NCBI GenBank assembly: GCA_020344395.1
Contig: CP070824.1
Coordinates: 2,823,609 to 2,871,027 of the forward strand
DNA from: Candidatus Zixiibacteriota bacterium
GTDB lineage: Bacteria > Zixibacteria > MSB-5A5 > GN15 > FEB-12
Length of the DNA: 47,419 nucleotides
Reading direction: 5' to 3'
In this document: piece after piece, positions 43,332 through 47,419 of the stretch
How the letters are laid out: each line of letters begins with the position of its first letter
Numbering within the stretch: position 1 is the first letter of the stretch
The notes under the pieces: model-generated
What the model was told of the DNA's origin: nothing
Databases searched by the model: none
What the model saw: only the letters and a program-made list of their open reading frames with translations
Translations under genes and position numbers: made by a program

Positions 43332-44291
43332 TCACTCCTTGAATTCTCCCATCGACCGATACTTCTGAAGGCGCTCCACCAGAAGCTGCTCCACGGGCAC
43401 CTTTGACAACTCCGACAGAGCCTGCCTGATCACGACTTTGATACTCTCTATCGCATCCCCCGGCCTGTTGTGTGCTCCGCCCGGTGGCTCAGGGATAACA
43501 TCATCGACCACCCCGAGGTTTTTGAGATCTTCCGACGTCACTTTCAGCGCCTCTGCAGCGGCCGAAGCCTTGGCCGCGTCGCGCCATAGGATGGCCGCAC
43601 ACCCCTCCGGGGATATCACCGAATACCATGAGTGCTCCATCATGTAAACCCGGTCGCCCACACCAATCCCCAGCGCGCCGCCTGAGGCACCCTCGCCGAT
43701 GATGATCACAACAATCGGAATCCGCAGGGTAAACATGAACTGGATGTTCTGCGCAATCGCCTCCGCCTGGCCGCGCTCCTCCGCTCCGATTCCGGGAAAG
43801 GCTCCCGGAGTATCGATCAGAATGACTATCGGAACATCGAACTTCTCAGCCAGACGAAACAGTCTCTGCGCTTTACGATAACCCTCAGGGTGAGCCATAC
43901 CGAAGTTGCGATAAAGTTTCTGCTTGGTATCGCGGCCCTTCTGCTGGCCGACAAACATGACCGGGTCACCGTCTATTCTCGCAAACCCTCCCACCACCGC
44001 CTTGTCATCAGCAAAATACCTATCACCGTGCAGCTCGATGAAATCAGTGCTCATCCCCTTTATGTAGTCGAGCGTATAAGGACGACGGGGATGACGTGAC
44101 AACTGCACGCGTTGCCAGCGGGTGAGGTTGCCGTAGATCTCATCCCGCAGCCGGTGCAGCTTTTTTTCAAGCGATACGATTTCACTGTCGAGCTTCAGAT
44201 CCTCTCCGACGGAGAAATCCTTCATATCGGAGATCCTTTTCTCCAACTCGACAAGAGGACGCTCGAACTCAAGATACAACTGATCGGCCAT
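43332..44291 (-). CDS. accA: Acetyl-CoA carboxylase carboxyltransferase subunit alpha
   Basis: 319 aa. Motifs: HPRRPYTLDYI, FVGQQKGRDTK, IDTPGAFPGIGAEERGQ. Confidence 0.93.
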   Translation of the reverse strand: MADQLYLEFERPLVELEKRISDMKDFSVGEDLKLDSEIVSLEKKLHRLRDEIYGNLTRWQRVQLSRHPRRPYTLDYIKGMSTDFIELHGDRYFADDKAVVGGFARIDGDPVMFVGQQKGRDTKQKLYRNFGMAHPEGYRKAQRLFRLAEKFDVPIVILIDTPGAFPGIGAEERGQAEAIAQNIQFMFTLRIPIVVIIIGEGASGGALGIGVGDRVYMMEHSWYSVISPEGCAAILWRDAAKASAAAEALKVTSEDLKNLGVVDDVIPEPPGGAHNRPGDAIESIKVVIRQALSELSKVPVEQLLVERLQKYRSMGEFKE

Positions 44292-44345
44292 CTACTGACT
44301 CACCCGGCGTTTTTGAGCCACCCGCACTGTCGAACAATTCTGTAT

Positions 44346-45395
44346 CTATCGTTTGGGTCGGCTCAGGCTGGTCATAAAGATATAGAAAGCCACGAAAATG
44401 ACAACCATAAAAAGGGCCAAAAAACCAAAGACCCAGCGGAGATCCAGATATAAAGCAGCTACCGTAAACAAACCAAAACAGACTGAGACTATATAGAAGA
44501 TTACCACGATCCGGCGCGGCGAAAGCCCGGCCAGGGCCAGGTAATGGAACAGATGCCGTCGGTCGGCTTTCAACACATTCTTGCCCGCGATCAGGCGACG
44601 TGAAACCGATACGAACGCCTCCAGAATCGGAACTCCCAGACTCACCAGGGGCAAATAAAGCGCCGCCGCCGTGTACGTCCTGATCGGAACAAGCAGAGAC
44701 ATGACCGCAAAGTAAAAGCCGAGTTGCAGAGCACCCGAATCTCCGAGGAAGATCCTCGCGGGATACCGATTGTAGTAGAGAAACACCACCAGAAACCCGA
44801 TCAGTACGAAAGCAACGGCCACTAAGGCCGGATCACCATAGAATGCCGCCACCGCAGCCAGTGAAGACACAGCAACCAGGGATACTCCGGAGGCTAATCC
44901 GTCCAGTCCATCAATGATGTTCACCGCATTGCTCAGGCCCACCACCCAGACGATTGTAATAAGCGGCCCGAATAGCCCGGTCTCGACCGAACCGACCAGT
45001 GGAACGGTGATCGGATCGATTTTCAACCCGCCCGTGATAAGCACGTAGGCGGCCGCAACCTGAGCGAACAGCTTGGTCCATGCTGAAACAGGAGCAAGGT
45101 CATCGGATAACCCTACCAACAAGATTATAAGCGAGCCAGCCAGAACGTATGGCCCGTAGCTCCGGTAGCCTGACAGCAGGTCCGGAAACAATACGTGCGC
45201 AACCACCATACAGGCCCAGAAGCAGATGAACAGCACCGGACCGCCGAGAACGGGCACCGGGCGCTTGTGACGCTTGTGCCGGCGTGGAAAATCCAGCAGT
45301 TCATAGCGGTGGCCCAGCCGGATAGCCCGGGGCAACATCAATCGAGCCAATAACCCACTGACTGCAACCAGTACCGGCGCGAACAGCCAACTCAT
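44346..45395 (-). CDS. MraY/WecA-family polyprenyl-phosphate N-acetylhexosamine-1-phosphate transferase (GT4 family)
   Basis: 349-aa polytopic protein with the motif NAVNIIDGLDGLASG. Confidence 0.85.
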   Translation of the reverse strand: MSWLFAPVLVAVSGLLARLMLPRAIRLGHRYELLDFPRRHKRHKRPVPVLGGPVLFICFWACMVVAHVLFPDLLSGYRSYGPYVLAGSLIILLVGLSDDLAPVSAWTKLFAQVAAAYVLITGGLKIDPITVPLVGSVETGLFGPLITIVWVVGLSNAVNIIDGLDGLASGVSLVAVSSLAAVAAFYGDPALVAVAFVLIGFLVVFLYYNRYPARIFLGDSGALQLGFYFAVMSLLVPIRTYTAAALYLPLVSLGVPILEAFVSVSRRLIAGKNVLKADRRHLFHYLALAGLSPRRIVVIFYIVSVCFGLFTVAALYLDLRWVFGFLALFMVVIFVAFYIFMTSLSRPKR

Positions 45396-46267
45396 GTTCG
45401 CTCCCGACGCGGTCTGCCGAAAACAAGCGATGCCGGCAGATTGACACTCAGCAGGAGCGCCAGAACTGCCAGCGATCTGCGATCCTCATGATGCTTTCTG
45501 AAGAACTTCCATACCGACCGGTGCTGGTACCATTGCCTTTTAGCATGACCCGAGCGACTGCCACGCCCCCAATGATGGACGCCGCCGGCTGCCGGTACAA
45601 AAACATTGACATAACCCTGCCGGTTCAACCGCAGGGAAAGGTCCGTGTCTTCCATAAATAGGAAAAACCGTTCATCAAAACCACCGATCTTCTCAAACAG
45701 ATCCCGCCGAACCATACTCATAGTTCCCGCCACCGCATCCACTATGGTTGTCTGATCATAATCCGGCAGGGTATATATGTGTTCCGGCCTCTGGCTCCGT
45801 GAGCCTGAAATCTGTCCGATAACAGATCCCCGCGAGTAGACCAGGTTTGATATGGTCGGAAACTTCCGGCAGGTCGGTTGGAACATTCCCGAGGGATGTC
45901 GCAACCTTGCACCGGCCAGACCTATTCTGTCCCGGGCAGAAAACACCGCCCTGAGGTTTCTGATGGCATCCTGATCGACCAGGACATCGGGATTGAGAAA
46001 GAGCAGAAATTCCCCCGAAGAGCGCTGTGCCGCCTGGTTGCAGGCGGTGCCGAAACCCGGGTTGTCCCGGTTGACAATCACCTTCGCTTTCGGAAAATAA
46101 CGCACCACGACGGTGGCGGAATGATCGACGGAGTTGTTGTCGACAGCCACGATCTCGCCTGGAATCCCTTGCATGGCTGCCTTGAGGTTGGCCAGGCATT
46201 CCTCCAGCAGCGGCATCGAGTTGTGGGTAACGATAATGACCGAGACAGAATTCTTGCCAGGAGACAC
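45392..46267 (-). CDS. Family 2 glycosyltransferase
   Basis: 291 aa. Motifs: VSVIIVTHNS, VAVDNNSVDHS, NPGFGTACN. Has a 4-nt overlap with the downstream gene. Confidence 0.85.
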   Translation of the reverse strand: MSPGKNSVSVIIVTHNSMPLLEECLANLKAAMQGIPGEIVAVDNNSVDHSATVVVRYFPKAKVIVNRDNPGFGTACNQAAQRSSGEFLLFLNPDVLVDQDAIRNLRAVFSARDRIGLAGARLRHPSGMFQPTCRKFPTISNLVYSRGSVIGQISGSRSQRPEHIYTLPDYDQTTIVDAVAGTMSMVRRDLFEKIGGFDERFFLFMEDTDLSLRLNRQGYVNVFVPAAGGVHHWGRGSRSGHAKRQWYQHRSVWKFFRKHHEDRRSLAVLALLLSVNLPASLVFGRPRRERT

Positions 46268-46275
46268 TTTAAGAT

Positions 46276-47004
46276 TCAGCTCAGTTTGCCAAAAATCGAC
46301 TTAAGGCGAAGCCACCACACCATCCAGATCGCCTCACGCATGATTTTCTTGGACATCTTGGAGGCTCCGGCCACACGGTCGATGAAGATAATGGGAATCT
46401 CTTTGATCCTGAAACCCTTCTTCCACACACGCATGTTAAGTTCAATCTGAAATGAATAGCCGGAAGAGTGAACGTCGTCAAGGTCGATGGCCTGCAGGAC
46501 TTCGCGGCGAAAACACTTGAACCCGCCGGTCGCATCGCGAATCGGCATACCGGTAATAACCCGGCTGTAGACATTGGCGAAATAGGACAGCAGAAGACGG
46601 GTCATCGGCCAGTTTATCACGTTGACACCTGAAATATACCGTGAGCCGATCACCAGGTCATGTTCCTGAATCTCTCTGAGAAAGTCTTTGATGTACTCCG
46701 GTCCGTGGGAAAAATCCGCATCCATCTCAAAAATGAAATCATACCCGTGCTCAATGGCCCACTTGAAGCCCGCTATATAGGCTTTGCCCAGACCCTCCTT
46801 TGCCTCCCGATGCAGGACCTGGACCTTGCTTTCCTTCTGGGCCAGTCGATCAGCAATCTGACCCGTACCATCGGGCGAGTTGTCATCGACTATGAGCACG
46901 TGAATCCGTGGGTCCAGAGGAAGGACGGCGTGAACGATCTTCTCGATATTGTCCTTCTCGTTGTAGGTCGGAAAGATTATCAGCGCGCGTTGTGTCTTAG
47001 GCAT
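46276..47004 (-). CDS. Polyprenol-phosphate mannosyltransferase-like GT2 (Dpm1/Ppm1 type)
   Basis: The track ORF runs to 47058. The ATG at 47004 (MPKTQRALIIFPTYNEKDNI...) avoids overlap with the upstream gene. Motifs: VDDNSPDGT, LGKAYIAGF, EMDADFSH. Confidence 0.85.
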   Translation of the reverse strand: MPKTQRALIIFPTYNEKDNIEKIVHAVLPLDPRIHVLIVDDNSPDGTGQIADRLAQKESKVQVLHREAKEGLGKAYIAGFKWAIEHGYDFIFEMDADFSHGPEYIKDFLREIQEHDLVIGSRYISGVNVINWPMTRLLLSYFANVYSRVITGMPIRDATGGFKCFRREVLQAIDLDDVHSSGYSFQIELNMRVWKKGFRIKEIPIIFIDRVAGASKMSKKIMREAIWMVWWLRLKSIFGKLS

Positions 47005-47008
47005 TAGA

Positions 47009-47419
47009 TCATCCAGCTTTCTTGTTTCGCCACACCCTCGCCCGAAGGCCGTGACCACCTATGATAGCCACCAGAAACAGCATCGTCAACACGGTCACCA
47101 GACGTCCGGTTCGGTATCGCTCGGATTCAAACTTAAAGAGCACCTGCCTGCTGCCTGCAGGTATCTCCACAGCCCTCAGGGCTCCGTATGATCGGAGCAA
47201 CCGGCCCGGGACGCCATCGATATATACCTTCCAGGCATCATAGTAAACATCGGTTAAGACCATTATCTTGTTGGCAGCACAAGTCACCCCTACCAACACC
47301 GAGTCCGGCTGATGGTCGATCAGCCATGCCGAATCCGTCCCCAGAGTGTCCTTCGGAATCTCCAGCTCAGGCTCCTCCTCCAGAATCACGACCTCCCCCA
47401 GAGTTCTTGTATCTGTCAC
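47009..47419 (-). CDS. C-terminal fragment of a membrane protein (YfhO-like), 5'-truncated by the window edge
   Basis: The frame is open to the right edge. The segment YYDAWKVYIDGVPGRLLRSYGALRAVEIPAGSRQVLFKFES followed by a terminal TM helix resembles YfhO-family C-termini. The family call is tentative. Confidence 0.5.
   Translation of the reverse strand: MTDTRTLGEVVILEEEPELEIPKDTLGTDSAWLIDHQPDSVLVGVTCAANKIMVLTDVYYDAWKVYIDGVPGRLLRSYGALRAVEIPAGSRQVLFKFESERYRTGRLVTVLTMLFLVAIIGGHGLRARVWRNKKAG

Overview
This 47.4-kb window comes from a Shine-Dalgarno-using bacterium with a Gram-negative-type envelope (outer-membrane beta-barrel protein, mreCD-mrdA-rodA). All calls rest on reading the sequence and the ORF translations; no database or HMM search was possible. 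The window has two parts. (1) Positions 1-31,917 are an accessory-looking island of 11 minus-strand genes for large Sec-exported multidomain proteins. One of them, at the left edge, is absent from the supplied ORF track. The run is interrupted only by a plus-strand ECF sigma / zf-HC2 anti-sigma pair. Five products are peptidases of four families: S8 subtilase, C1 papain-like, C10 streptopain-like, and two tandem paralogous metzincins. The rest are FG-GAP or other beta-propeller proteins and PKD/adhesin-like proteins, plus one small lipoprotein. Nine of the eleven share one ~75-aa Cys-framed, duplicated EF-hand module that aligns to the type I dockerin consensus. It is C-terminal in eight proteins and N-terminal in one. 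No obvious multi-cohesin scaffoldin is in the window. This dockerin-tagged protease island is the main candidate for an undescribed system: a cellulosome-like protease assembly or a shared surface tether. A second recurrent ~160-aa domain that I cannot assign to a family (LDHVDG...CLDSS...WDGPxCF) occurs four times. (2) Positions 32.4-47.4 kb are ordinary housekeeping genes, all on the minus strand: tRNA-Leu(GAG), secG-tpiA-pgk-gap, an outer-membrane beta-barrel protein, a retropepsin-like aspartic protease, rodA-mrdA-mreD-mreC, ptsN, a 54-aa Trm112-like ORF below the track cutoff, accA, three glycosyltransferases and a YfhO-like fragment. I saw no rRNA, CRISPR array, transposase or integrase.
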